Below are positions 1-9,743 of a DNA stretch of 64,000 bases, piece after piece. The translations under genes were made by a program, and so were the position numbers. The notes beneath the pieces are model-generated. The model did not search any database. It had not been told where the DNA came from and worked only from the letters and a program-made list of their open reading frames with translations. Where the stretch lies: contig JAZQUB010000011.1 of assembly GCA_045631045.1 (NCBI GenBank), positions 1,214 to 65,213 of the forward strand, given 5' to 3'. Position 1 is the first letter of the stretch. Every line of letters begins with the position of its first letter. Origin of the DNA: Lachnospiraceae bacterium (GTDB lineage: Bacteria > Bacillota > Clostridia > Lachnospirales > Lachnospiraceae).

Positions 1-598
1 TCACTGTACCGGCATCCAGATACAAATAGGAAACACCTAATAACTTACCATTTGGTGACAGTTCAATAGCCATCGGATAACCACTCTGTTCCATAGAAGT
101 TCTGGCTCTGGTAATTTCTTCTCCGCTGACATCATAAATATAAATCCAATACACCTCATTATCATCCAGCACAGCACCCACATAACCCGCTTCTGCTACA
201 CAAAGGTTACGTATCGGTAGATTTGTATCAATTTCACCAATTCTACCGCTTTCGTCCATCACATAAATCAAGTGGTCTCCATAACCTGCCACTGCCACGG
301 TCCCACCATCTACGGAAACGCAAGGCTCCTGAATCTGATATGTAATATCCCAGATAGTCTTGCCTTTGGCATCCATGCAGCGAATACCATCTTTATTATA
401 TATAAGAAGATTATTTGCCATCTTGGCTGTTTTACAGCCTTCTTCTAAAATCACTTCCGTTTCACGAACCACCCTATAGGTATTAAAGGTTCGCGAAATG
501 TACTCTACCACAACCAACCCGGCCAGCAAGCCAACGCACAAAAGTGTCACTGCAATTTTTATGAATAAATGTCTGCGTTCTGTATTCTTCTCGTTCAT
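1..598 (-). CDS. Membrane-anchored repeat protein, 3' end cut by the window edge (DUF5711-like?)
   Basis: Absent from the ORF track because it runs off the window. ATG at 598-596 is preceded by AAGGG. My translation is MNEKNTERRHLFIKIAVTLLCVGLLAGLVVVEY... (N-terminal TM anchor), then beta-rich repeats (DGGTVAVAGYGDHLIYVMDESG..., AEAGYVGAVLDDNEVYWIYIYD). It is open to nt 1. Confidence 0.6.
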   Translation of the reverse strand, partial: MNEKNTERRHLFIKIAVTLLCVGLLAGLVVVEYISRTFNTYRVVRETEVILEEGCKTAKMANNLLIYNKDGIRCMDAKGKTIWDITYQIQEPCVSVDGGTVAVAGYGDHLIYVMDESGRIGEIDTNLPIRNLCVAEAGYVGAVLDDNEVYWIYIYDVSGEEITRARTSMEQSGYPMAIELSPNGKLLGVSYLYLDAGTV

Positions 599-687
599 AA
601 TTTCCCTTTTCTATGACAACAAAGGGGGACAAGCCTTGCACTTGCCCTCCCATTTTATAGTTTGCCTTATTATAGTAACACATTTTT

Positions 688-1884
688 TTACGGAAGTAAA
701 ATTGTTTGTCCTACTTGTATGTTATTTGGATCAATTATTTTATTCAAATCAATAACTTCCTGCAGCTTATTTTCATTTCCATAGTGAGCCCGTAAAATTT
801 TGAGAAGATTATCACCTTTTTTAATATAATATTCTTGCGGAACACTTTCACTTACTACTTCCGTGCTCGGAGTGGTGTCAGATGCCGGCGGTGTAACCTG
901 AGATTCTACCGGTTGTTCCTGCACCTGCTCAGAAGACGCATTCTCCCGCTGAACCTCACTACCCACAGTCTCCAAATCCGGAATGACTACCACATCCAAC
1001 TCTGCCGGCTGCTGTACATTTGTAGAAACAACAAGTAATTCTTTCGGTTCCGTACCTTCTGTCGTCGCTGCTGCTTCGGTGGTTTCATTTTCTACCAATA
1101 AATTATCCTTTTCATCTCCACTCAAATAACTATTACTGAAAACAGCCACTTTTTCCTTCATATCTGCAAAATAGGATGGAATTTGCTCCAGCCCAAAATC
1201 AGGATAATATGTTCTTACTCCGTATGCGCCACAAATAGCCAAAAGCATAATACACGCCACTGCCGGAAACGGACTTCTATTTTTGTGTGGCTCCGGTCTT
1301 TTTATCTTCTCTGCTTCCTGTACTTTTTTGCGATATTTTCCACTCTTCTGCTGTGCTTCCAATTTTTCCCGGTCTGCCCTCTCGCGCTTTTCTCTATCCA
1401 TGTCTGCTTTTTTAATAATTACCGGATCCAAATCAATTTCTCGTTCTTCTTTTTGATTTTCCATCATAAAATTAAGCATAGCTTCGTTTGTATCGTAAAA
1501 TATGTAATAACCGTCCATAGGAATAGACTTGTTACCGTAGCCCAGCCAGAAAACATTTTCATTGACTGCATCCGTAGAAATCACAACCCCTACAAGCTGA
1601 TAGTCTGAGAAATATTCCTCACGAATACTTTCCGCTTCCTCTTTTTGACTATTTGTGAGCGAATCCGTGCGTCCCCTTCCTTTTCCAATCAATGCCGCAC
1701 CATAAACAAAAGCATATTCTACACTCTTTTCTTTTTCTACCGTACCATATAGCGCAATTTGTTTTCTATCCTGAGGAAATTCCTCGGTGAGCTGCTTCAT
1801 ATAAGAAATGCAGTAATCCTCTAAATACAATTTTTTATTTGTCGCAATTGTGCCTACTTGTGTTGTGTGTTTTGGTAATTCCAT
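688..1884 (-). CDS. LysM domain-containing membrane protein
   Basis: 398-aa ORF. C-terminal LysM signature YYIKKGDNLLKILRAHYG...IIDPNNIQVGQTILLP; central TM (FPAVACIMLLAICGAYGV); charged KE-rich linker. Confidence 0.8.
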   Translation of the reverse strand: MELPKHTTQVGTIATNKKLYLEDYCISYMKQLTEEFPQDRKQIALYGTVEKEKSVEYAFVYGAALIGKGRGRTDSLTNSQKEEAESIREEYFSDYQLVGVVISTDAVNENVFWLGYGNKSIPMDGYYIFYDTNEAMLNFMMENQKEEREIDLDPVIIKKADMDREKRERADREKLEAQQKSGKYRKKVQEAEKIKRPEPHKNRSPFPAVACIMLLAICGAYGVRTYYPDFGLEQIPSYFADMKEKVAVFSNSYLSGDEKDNLLVENETTEAAATTEGTEPKELLVVSTNVQQPAELDVVVIPDLETVGSEVQRENASSEQVQEQPVESQVTPPASDTTPSTEVVSESVPQEYYIKKGDNLLKILRAHYGNENKLQEVIDLNKIIDPNNIQVGQTILLP

Positions 1885-1989
1885 ATCGTTGCCTCCTTTT
1901 TTTAAGGAAAATATAACACCCCAAGACAGAGAAATATGTCAAAATCAGACTGTGAAACACTATTTTTCTTCGACAAAAAAGGTCGCAAC

Positions 1990-2025
1990 AAAAAGACCCG
2001 GTTGGTACGTGCTGTACCAGCCGGG
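1990..2025 (-). terminator. Rho-independent terminator after pyrD
   Basis: On the minus strand, CCCGGCUGGUAC-loop-GUACCAACCGGG is followed by UCUUUUUG. Confidence 0.7.
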
Positions 2026-2045
2026 AGATTTGTTTACGTATAAAA

Positions 2046-2948
2046 TTATTTTACAGCACCGATTAATGTATTAATATCTTCAATACCATAGCGCTTCATA
2101 TAAGCCTCGATGCCATCCACAGTTTCCACCGTTGTGTAAGGATTTACAAAATTCATAGCTCCGATACTTACTGCGGTTGCACCTGCAAGCATAAATTCCA
2201 GTGCATCCTCTGCATTGGCAATACCGCCCATACCGATAATCGGAATCCGAACCGCATTTGCCACCTGATATACCATGCGAACTGCTACCGGTTTAATAGC
2301 CGGACCGGACAGGCCTCCTGTTTTATTGGCGATAGCAAATTTGCGACGATGTACGTCAATTTTCATACCGGTAATGGTATTAATAAGAGACAATGCATCT
2401 GCACCAGCTGCCTCTGCAGCTTTTGCCATCTCCGTAATATCTGTAACGTTCGGACTGAGCTTCATGATAACCGGCTGCTTTGCATATTTTTTGATTTCTT
2501 TTGTAATATTGTATAAAGCATCTGCCTTCTGTCCAAATGCAATAGCACCTTCTTTAACGTTTGGACAGGAAACATTGATTTCCAGCATATCCACCGGCTG
2601 GTCACCTAACTTTTCCACAACTTCACAGTAATCTTCCACGCTTTTTCCACATACATTCACAATAATCTTGGTGTCGTACTGCTTTAAGAAAGGAATGTCG
2701 CGCTCTATAAATACATCAATACCCGGATTCTGTAAACCGATAGCATTTAACATACCGCCATAAGTTTCTGCAACTCGTGGAGTTGGATTTCCAGGCCATG
2801 GTACATTTGCCACGCCCTTAGTCACAACCGCGCCAAGGCGGTTCAAATCAACAAATTCACCGTATTCCATTCCGGATCCAAAGGTTCCGGATGCTGTCAT
2901 AACCGGATTTTTAAATTCCACACCGGCAATCGTAACTTTTGTATTCAT
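2046..2948 (-). CDS. pyrD: Dihydroorotate dehydrogenase B, catalytic subunit
   Basis: 300 aa. MNTKVTIAGVEFKNPVMTASGTFG... is a typical class 1B DHODH. ATG overlaps the pyrK stop (TAATG). Confidence 0.92.
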   Translation of the reverse strand: MNTKVTIAGVEFKNPVMTASGTFGSGMEYGEFVDLNRLGAVVTKGVANVPWPGNPTPRVAETYGGMLNAIGLQNPGIDVFIERDIPFLKQYDTKIIVNVCGKSVEDYCEVVEKLGDQPVDMLEINVSCPNVKEGAIAFGQKADALYNITKEIKKYAKQPVIMKLSPNVTDITEMAKAAEAAGADALSLINTITGMKIDVHRRKFAIANKTGGLSGPAIKPVAVRMVYQVANAVRIPIIGMGGIANAEDALEFMLAGATAVSIGAMNFVNPYTTVETVDGIEAYMKRYGIEDINTLIGAVK

Positions 2949-3724
2949 TAAATTTCAACCTCCTTTGCCTCAAACACAGGTCCGTCTGTACAAATGCGGG
3001 CATTGTGTACATGGGAGTGATGATCTTTTTCTTTGGTCTTACAAACACATCCAAGACACGCTCCTACGCCGCATGCCATGTGCTCTTCCAAAGAAATATA
3101 TGCAGGAATGTCTAATTCTTCTGCACATTTCTTAATGGCACGAAGCATTGGCATTGGTCCGCAGGCCATAATCACATCCGGCTTGATACCGCTTTCCTTT
3201 AATGCATCCAAAACATTTCCCTTCGTTCCTACACTGCCGTCTTCCGTTGCAACATGAAGTGTCGCATATTGCTTAAATTCTTCTGCCAAGAATAACTGAT
3301 TGTCGCGGTAGCCCAAAAACGCATGCACATCGCCTTTTATTTCTTTGGCAGTTTGGAGCATCGGAGGAATACCGATACCACCTCCAAACAACACAACGGT
3401 CTTATCCTGACCCGCTTCAATTGGAAAGCCATTTCCAAGAGTACCTAAAATTTCTACACTGGTTCCGGCTGTATAACTGCTGAATTCTGTAGTTCCTGCA
3501 CCAACCACACGGTAAACTACACGAAGAGCCGTACGTTCTGCATTTACCTCACAAATACTGATTGGTCTTGGAAGCAGTGTGCTTCTTTCTTTTGTATATA
3601 TGCAGATAAACTGACCTGCCTTTGCGCCTAACGCAAGCTCGGTTTCTATCCACATATCATAAATATCCGGAGCAATATTTACTTGAGATATTACTTTTGC
3701 TGTAAGCTTTTTCTTTTGAGCCAT
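2948..3724 (-). CDS. pyrK: Dihydroorotate dehydrogenase B, electron-transfer (FAD/2Fe-2S) subunit
   Basis: C-terminal Cys cluster MACGVGACLGCVC...C. Start chosen at MAQKKKL (ATG 3724) with an AGAGGA RBS rather than the longer ORF-track start. Confidence 0.88.
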   Translation of the reverse strand: MAQKKKLTAKVISQVNIAPDIYDMWIETELALGAKAGQFICIYTKERSTLLPRPISICEVNAERTALRVVYRVVGAGTTEFSSYTAGTSVEILGTLGNGFPIEAGQDKTVVLFGGGIGIPPMLQTAKEIKGDVHAFLGYRDNQLFLAEEFKQYATLHVATEDGSVGTKGNVLDALKESGIKPDVIMACGPMPMLRAIKKCAEELDIPAYISLEEHMACGVGACLGCVCKTKEKDHHSHVHNARICTDGPVFEAKEVEI

Positions 3725-3791
3725 GTTTTGTTCCTCTTTTCTTGTATCTATTTGACGCGCCCTTTTGTATTGCATGGACGCATTATCGCCT

Positions 3792-5072
3792 TTATGCCTG
3801 ATATACTACTTTGCCACCGCAGATTGTGTATCGCACCTTTCCCGTAAGGGTCTCCCCCACAAATGGTGTATTCACTGCCTTGGATTCAAACTTCGTACCA
3901 ACGGTCCAAACCTCCTTCGGGTCATAGAGCACTAAATCGGCGTCTGCCCCTACAGAAATATGTCCGCGGCTTTCTTCTAAATGATATAACTTAGCAGGAT
4001 TGTAAGACATTTTCTCCATCAGCTTGGCATGATTCATATATCCCGGTTCCACCAGATGTGTAATGCAAAGTGCAAGACTGGTTTCCAAACCTATGATACC
4101 GCTTGGTGCCTGGGTAATATCTTTTGCTTTTTCCTCTATACTATGAGGCGCATGGTCCGTAGCAATCAAATCAATGGTACCATCTACCAAGCCCCCAATA
4201 ATTGCCAATCTATCAGACTCCGTACGAAGTGGCGGATTCATCTTTGCCAAGGTGCCGTGAGCAATTACTGCATCTTCCGTCAACGCAATATGATGCGGAG
4301 TTGCCTCAGCCCAAATATCACCGCCCTGTGCCTTGCCTCCTCGCACCAAATCAACCGCCTCACTGCTGCTGATATGCTGCACATTCATAGAGGCGCCTGT
4401 TTCCAGTGCAAGCTGTACATCTCGCTCCACCATACTGATTTCCGCCTGACGGTCGCTGCCTCCAATACCAAAATGCATAGATGCTTTGCCACGATTTACA
4501 CCATTATTGGAAATAAACATCGGATGTTCCTCGTGAAAACTAATCGGCACCTGAAGTCTGGCGGTTTCTGCCATAGCTGCCCTTGCCAGTTGCTCTTCTA
4601 AAATCGGCACACCATCATCCGTAAACCCAATGGCACCGGCCGCCTTCAGAGCTTCCATGTCAACCATCTCCTTGCCCTGCATACCCACGGTAACTGTAGC
4701 ACAGCTTTCTACGTGAATACCGGTTTCGCGACCTTTTTCCAATACATAGGTCAACGTCTCCACACTGTCAATAGCCGGCTTGGTATTGGCCATCATGACA
4801 ACCGTAGTAAAACCGCCTGCTGCCGCCGCCTTTGCACCGGTATAAATATCCTCTTTATACGTAAGCCCCGGATCCCTGAAATGTACATGTACATCCATAA
4901 GCCCCGGTCCTGCCACTAAGCCGGTACCGTCAATTACTTCTGCACCTTCCCCGTTCCGGCTTTTATTCGGTCCGGAAATTTCAATAATCTTTCCGTCTTT
5001 TAATAAAATATCACCAAGAACCTCTGTCATACTCTTTGGGTCTGCAATGGTTACATTTTTTATCAGTAGCAT
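3792..5072 (-). CDS. pyrC: Dihydroorotase
   Basis: 426 aa. DVHVHFRDPG metal-binding motif and ATDHAPH motif; sits next to pyrK/pyrD. Confidence 0.9.
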   Translation of the reverse strand: MLLIKNVTIADPKSMTEVLGDILLKDGKIIEISGPNKSRNGEGAEVIDGTGLVAGPGLMDVHVHFRDPGLTYKEDIYTGAKAAAAGGFTTVVMMANTKPAIDSVETLTYVLEKGRETGIHVESCATVTVGMQGKEMVDMEALKAAGAIGFTDDGVPILEEQLARAAMAETARLQVPISFHEEHPMFISNNGVNRGKASMHFGIGGSDRQAEISMVERDVQLALETGASMNVQHISSSEAVDLVRGGKAQGGDIWAEATPHHIALTEDAVIAHGTLAKMNPPLRTESDRLAIIGGLVDGTIDLIATDHAPHSIEEKAKDITQAPSGIIGLETSLALCITHLVEPGYMNHAKLMEKMSYNPAKLYHLEESRGHISVGADADLVLYDPKEVWTVGTKFESKAVNTPFVGETLTGKVRYTICGGKVVYQA

Positions 5073-5143
5073 AGTAAACCTCTCTTCGTTGTACTCAATC
5101 TTCTATTTATTATCTTAACATTAACCGCGATAAATGTACAGTA

Positions 5144-5575
5144 TCATTTGGCAAACAACGGAACATCCTCTATCAGCTCTGTCTTCAACACCACAATCGG
5201 AAACTGCACCGTATTAATTTTCTCCTTTCCTGCTTCCGGTCCCAGCAAAGATGTATCCACTAAAATTCCGTTTTCTCCGAGAAACAAATCATTCACCACA
5301 ATACTGTGCCCGCTATACTCCTGCCTGCCATATCCAATACAAATATACAAATATTCCTTATCGCTGTACGTCATCTCAAAAGGCTCTTCTTTTCGTTCTT
5401 CCAACAGTGGGGCCAGCTCTTTTGGAATACGTTCCTCACTTAAAATGGTATACTCCAACTCACGTACCTTTTCTCCGGCCCCCTTATGCACGTCGTTTAG
5501 CTTAATCCCCATATCACAGGCGGTTAACGTAATCATCAAAACAATCGTTGCTGCCAAACTGATTATTTTCTTCAT
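5144..5575 (-). CDS. Putative lipoprotein (PrcB C-terminal-like?)
   Basis: Start at MKKIISLAATIVLMITLTAC (lipobox LTAC) at 5575. The longer ORF-track N-terminus is unlikely. Confidence 0.6.
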   Translation of the reverse strand: MKKIISLAATIVLMITLTACDMGIKLNDVHKGAGEKVRELEYTILSEERIPKELAPLLEERKEEPFEMTYSDKEYLYICIGYGRQEYSGHSIVVNDLFLGENGILVDTSLLGPEAGKEKINTVQFPIVVLKTELIEDVPLFAK

Positions 5576-5719
5576 ATACTGCTCCAATAACTTTTTGTAA
5601 AAATATATGTGACTACCACTCCTCATTATGACACAATAGCAGTTGCTTTTCTTTTTCAAACACGTTATACTAATTATAATTATATGCAAAAATATATTTC
5701 TCAGCAAAGGACAACCTCT

Positions 5720-6460
5720 ATGATAAGATTTCTTGTAATCATTACATTTATATTTATATTTTTAGTATGTACTCTGCCACTTTTACTGGTTTTTTGGCTT
5801 TTACACAAGCGTTATCCCGAAAAAATCGACCGTTTAAGCTTTGCCATTGTTCAGTGGGCGCTGCGTGGCGTTACGTGGCTTGCCGGCACAGAAGTTACCG
5901 TTCTCGGCAAAGAAAACATCCCTCAGGGCAAACCGGTGTTGTATATTGGAAATCATACCAGCTTCTTTGACATCATCATTCCATACACCCTGGTTCCGGA
6001 CCTGACCGGCTATGTTTCCAAAATTAGTATGAAAAAATTTGTCGGCTTAAACTTCTGGATGGTTCGTATGCACTGCCTCTTTTTAGACCGCAGCAATGTA
6101 AAAGAAGGACTTAAAACCATTCTTTCCGCCATCGACAAAGTAAAAAACGGCATTTCCATCTTTATTTTCCCGGAAGGCACCCGCAACAAAACCCCGGAAA
6201 CCCTTATGGAATTCAAGGGCGGCAGCTTTAAGATTGCCGAGAAAAGCGGTTGTCCTATTATTCCGGTTACCATGGTAAATATGTCTGATATTTTTGAAGA
6301 CCACTTGCCACGCGTCAAAAAGACACGCGTTGTCATTGAATTCGGTGCTCCGATTGACATGAACACCCTTGACCGCGAAGATAAAAAGCACATTGGTGCT
6401 TATGTGCAGAATGTGATTGCAGAAACGTATAAGAAGAATAAAGAATCTTATTTTAAGTAA
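5720..6460 (+). CDS. plsC: 1-acyl-sn-glycerol-3-phosphate acyltransferase
   Basis: NHTSFFD (HX4D) and FPEGTR motifs. N-terminal TM. ATG 5720 has an AAAGG RBS. Confidence 0.85.
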   Translation: MIRFLVIITFIFIFLVCTLPLLLVFWLLHKRYPEKIDRLSFAIVQWALRGVTWLAGTEVTVLGKENIPQGKPVLYIGNHTSFFDIIIPYTLVPDLTGYVSKISMKKFVGLNFWMVRMHCLFLDRSNVKEGLKTILSAIDKVKNGISIFIFPEGTRNKTPETLMEFKGGSFKIAEKSGCPIIPVTMVNMSDIFEDHLPRVKKTRVVIEFGAPIDMNTLDREDKKHIGAYVQNVIAETYKKNKESYFK

Positions 6461-6475
6461 AATTTAAGCGTATGC

Positions 6476-6526
6476 AAAAGCCTGATATTCAACCAAACTG
6501 ATTGAATATCAGGCTTTACTTTTTTA
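6476..6526. terminator. Bidirectional hairpin terminator between plsC and the Rpn pseudogene
   Basis: AAGCCTGATATTCAA-loop-TTGAATATCAGGCTT, flanked by an A-run and a T-run. Confidence 0.75.
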
Positions 6527-6528
6527 CC

Positions 6529-7352
6529 TTAAATTAAATTTTCTTCAGCTGCTTCGTAATCAGCTTTATCTATCTTCAACAATTCACAAGCTTTTTCTGC
6601 AGTGATATCCATCGACTGCATAAGGTTCTTCACCATTTCCAATCGTCCCAACTCTATTCCTTCCGCTTTACTCGCATCCAACATCTCACCAATCGTCATA
6701 TACCTGTCCCTCACTTCCGAAGCCTGCTTTACCATTTCCACATAATCATGTATATGTGAAAGTTTTTCGTTTGTTACATTCTCTATTTTACTATGTTTCA
6801 AATAAGAAAGCAATTGCTTTATGGATTCTGTGCCACCTTTTGTTCCAGTGGTATTAAAGTATATGTACTTAAGACCGTCTTTATTTTCTATATCAGGATA
6901 TTCCTTGCAGGTGTTTTCGAAGGTATAAATCATGCCGCCTTTCCCAAAGGGATCAAACGTAGTAATCATAATCATGTACAAATTCGGCAGCTTTTCCCAG
7001 TTTTTTCACCACTTTTTAATCCTTTGCTATCTTTTTTTGCCTGATAATACCGATTTCGTTTTTGTAAGTTTTCTCCCATATATGTTTGTGCTTCCATGTT
7101 ATACAGACGACATTTTGCCGGTGAATTATCCCGTTCCTGAATTTCTACATCCAACCGAATTCCTCGAAGTTCGGGTGTATCTCCGGGAATAACCGATTGC
7201 GCCCTTACCATAATCTCCCCAATGTCACGATCAAGTAGCACGGAAAGTACCTCGCGAAAAAATGCTTCGCCCACATCTGGGTCATTTGCAATTGCATTTA
7301 ACATGAAATCATCCAGTACATTCAAATCCTCTAATCTTTGTCTCTTTCCCAT
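6529..7352 (-). pseudogene. Rpn-family (YhgA-like PD-(D/E)XK) recombination-promoting nuclease / putative transposase, split by a 1-nt frameshift
   Basis: ORFs 6972..7373 and 6529..6981 are the N- and C-halves of one Rpn-type protein (LNVLDDFMLNAI..., RLDVEIQ..., YNMEAQ, RYYQAK.., then ITTFDPFGKGG). The frames join if one base is added to the T6 run at 7001-7006. Confidence 0.8.
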
Positions 7353-7465
7353 AGAAAAAACCTCACTTTGCATTTTTATTTAAGTTCTAAATTTATCCCT
7401 CATTACATATATGCATAAGCAAGGCCTTTCGTCGCACTTTTTTGTGTTAAATTTTTATAAAGTGT

Positions 7466-8167
7466 TTATTTCACTTCCTCTTCCGCTTCCATCTCCTCGA
7501 TCAGTCTCATACCTGCGGTATCCGTCACCGGCAGGGAGAATACGATAGAGCGCGCTTTGGACTCCAGTCCTGCCTGTTCCATAATGGCACGCATAATATC
7601 GTTCTTTTGATTTTTGCGCACAACGATAAATACCATTTCCTTTTCCGGCACCAACGTTACACCCAAGAACTTCTCTGCCTTCTGGGCACCGGTACCTTTT
7701 GCATGAATTACCGTTCCGCCTGCCGCATGAACGCTTCTTGCAGCATCCATAATCAGTTCGGTATATCCATGATTTGCTATGACTACCAATAATTCATATT
7801 TTGTATCCTTCAATGTTGATTCCTCTCCCTTAACAAAATTCTGTCCGTCTGTTAAATAACCAAGTGCCTTTTTCCCACCGATACTGCTAATAGGTATCAG
7901 GAAGGCTATACCGATTCCCGGTACATCTATCTGCATTTTCCGTCGAAGTCCGGCTTTAAGGTTCTTCCAGACCGCTCCGGTTACCACATGAAAAAGAACG
8001 CTTTTTTCTGCACCGTCTAAGCCAAAGTAGTCCAGGATTTCACTTGCTGCCGTGCCTCGTCCACCGGTTGTTACGGAGATGTCCACACCATTTTCTTCAT
8101 AAAAGTTTGTAAATTTTTTGGTAAGATTACGATTGGTAATCGTCACCATCATATATAATTTGTTCAT
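7466..8167 (-). CDS. Tandem PII-like (GlnB-fold) protein
   Basis: 233 aa made of two halves of about 110 aa, each with a ferredoxin-like PII pattern (LYMMVTITNR... and YELLVVIANHG...GGTVIHAKGTG...). Lies immediately downstream of the DUF1538 gene. Confidence 0.65.
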   Translation of the reverse strand: MNKLYMMVTITNRNLTKKFTNFYEENGVDISVTTGGRGTAASEILDYFGLDGAEKSVLFHVVTGAVWKNLKAGLRRKMQIDVPGIGIAFLIPISSIGGKKALGYLTDGQNFVKGEESTLKDTKYELLVVIANHGYTELIMDAARSVHAAGGTVIHAKGTGAQKAEKFLGVTLVPEKEMVFIVVRKNQKNDIMRAIMEQAGLESKARSIVFSLPVTDTAGMRLIEEMEAEEEVK

Positions 8168-8180
8168 GTTTTATCCCTCA

Positions 8181-9743
8181 CTACAGCTCGATAATTGCAT
8201 CTTCATCCAGTGCCGCAAACGCATATTCCACTTCTGTCTTTTTGCCAAAATGCTGCTTCAACTGATATACCACACCCAAAATCTGTATGGTAATCAAAGG
8301 AGTCATTGCTACCATCGCTACTACACCAAAGGAATCCGCAACCAGATTACCGCCTACTGCAATACACGCTCCCTGCGCTAACGGAAGAAGGAAGGTGGCA
8401 GTCATAGGACCGGAAGCAACACCACCGGAGTCAAACGCAATGGCAGTAAAAATCTTTGGAACAAAAAATGACAGGATAATTGCTATCGCATAACCCGGAA
8501 TTGTAAAATACAATATCGGAATTCCTGTTAACACGCGGACCATTGCCAATGCTACAGAAGCGGCCACACCCACAGATAAGCTGATTCCCATTGCACTTGC
8601 TGAAATAGCACCATCCGTAATTTCTTCTACCTGATGATTCAAAACATAAACTGCCGGCTCTGCTTTTACTATAAAATAACCTATAAGAGCGCCTAACGGG
8701 ATAAGTAAAACTTTAAATTCATTTGATGCAAGCACTCTTCCAAGATAACTACCGGCCGGCATAAAGCCCACATTGGCACCGGTCAAAAACAGCACCAGCC
8801 CAATATATGTATAAACAAGGCCGATTACAATCTTGCCCAGTCTTCTATGTGACAATTTCAATGCAAAAATCTGGAACAATCCGAAAATTAAAATAATCGG
8901 TAATAAGGAAACGGCTATTTCCTTCATATATTCGGGAATACCGTGTGCAAACATTTCCCACAATTCCACAGAGTCCTGCACCTGCGGAATCTGTGCCGCC
9001 GTATAGCTACTTTCTGTAGGCTTATAAATCATACCCAAGATAAGCACCGCTAAAATCGGACCGATAGAACACAAGGATACCAAACCGAAGCTGTCGTCCG
9101 CCGCATGCTTATCATTACGAATTGCGGAAACACCGACACCAAGTGCCATAATAAACGGAACCGTCATTGGGCCGGTAGTAACACCACCGGAGTCAAATGC
9201 AACTGCTCTAAAATCCGATGGTACAAAAAATGCCAATATAAATACGATAATATAAAAAATCACCAAAAGATTCCTTAGTGCAACGCCAAGCAACATTCGA
9301 AGCATTGCAAATACAAGAAATACACCTACGCCGATTGCTACGGCAAGAATAAGCGTCATATTCGGTACAGACGGAACCTGGCTTGCTAAAACCTGCAAAT
9401 CCGGCTCGGATATGGTAATAATGACACCCAGTATAAAGGACATAATACCAATCAACCAGATGTTTTTAGATTGGGTCATTTTAGTACCAACCGCTTCACC
9501 CATAGGTGTCATGGAGGTTTCTGCGCCCAATGTAAAAAACATCATTCCCACAATTACCATCAATGCTCCCATCAAAAAACAGAGCAATATACTCGGCGTA
9601 ATCGGTGCAATGGTAAAACTCAGCACCAGTACAATGGCTATGATGGGAAGCACCGCCGTCATTGCTTCTTTAAATTTTTCCTGCAGTTTTTTATTCCAAA
9701 ATTTCAAGCTTTTACCTCTAATTCTTTTTATTCTTTCAGCCAC
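8181..9743 (-). CDS. DUF1538-type polytopic membrane protein (internally duplicated)
   Basis: 520 aa and very hydrophobic. Repeated motifs AFDSGGVTTGPMTVPFIMALGVGV and AFDSGGVASGPMTATFLLPLAQG. The ORF-track start is GTG overlapping the murF 3' end; the true start may be downstream (TTG about 9707 or ATG 9662). Confidence 0.7.
   Translation of the reverse strand: MAERIKRIRGKSLKFWNKKLQEKFKEAMTAVLPIIAIVLVLSFTIAPITPSILLCFLMGALMVIVGMMFFTLGAETSMTPMGEAVGTKMTQSKNIWLIGIMSFILGVIITISEPDLQVLASQVPSVPNMTLILAVAIGVGVFLVFAMLRMLLGVALRNLLVIFYIIVFILAFFVPSDFRAVAFDSGGVTTGPMTVPFIMALGVGVSAIRNDKHAADDSFGLVSLCSIGPILAVLILGMIYKPTESSYTAAQIPQVQDSVELWEMFAHGIPEYMKEIAVSLLPIILIFGLFQIFALKLSHRRLGKIVIGLVYTYIGLVLFLTGANVGFMPAGSYLGRVLASNEFKVLLIPLGALIGYFIVKAEPAVYVLNHQVEEITDGAISASAMGISLSVGVAASVALAMVRVLTGIPILYFTIPGYAIAIILSFFVPKIFTAIAFDSGGVASGPMTATFLLPLAQGACIAVGGNLVADSFGVVAMVAMTPLITIQILGVVYQLKQHFGKKTEVEYAFAALDEDAIIEL

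Noticed and set aside
4029-4601. Long antisense ORFs inside confidently assigned genes (for example 4029..4601 in pyrC, 22403..22855 in the ZIP gene, 61814..62344 in purF, 28581..29060 in the HAD gene, and many ORFs of 60-120 aa inside the giant gene).
   Set aside because: They are shadow ORFs on the opposite strand of strongly recognisable genes. They have low-complexity or odd composition, no RBS and no recognisable motifs.
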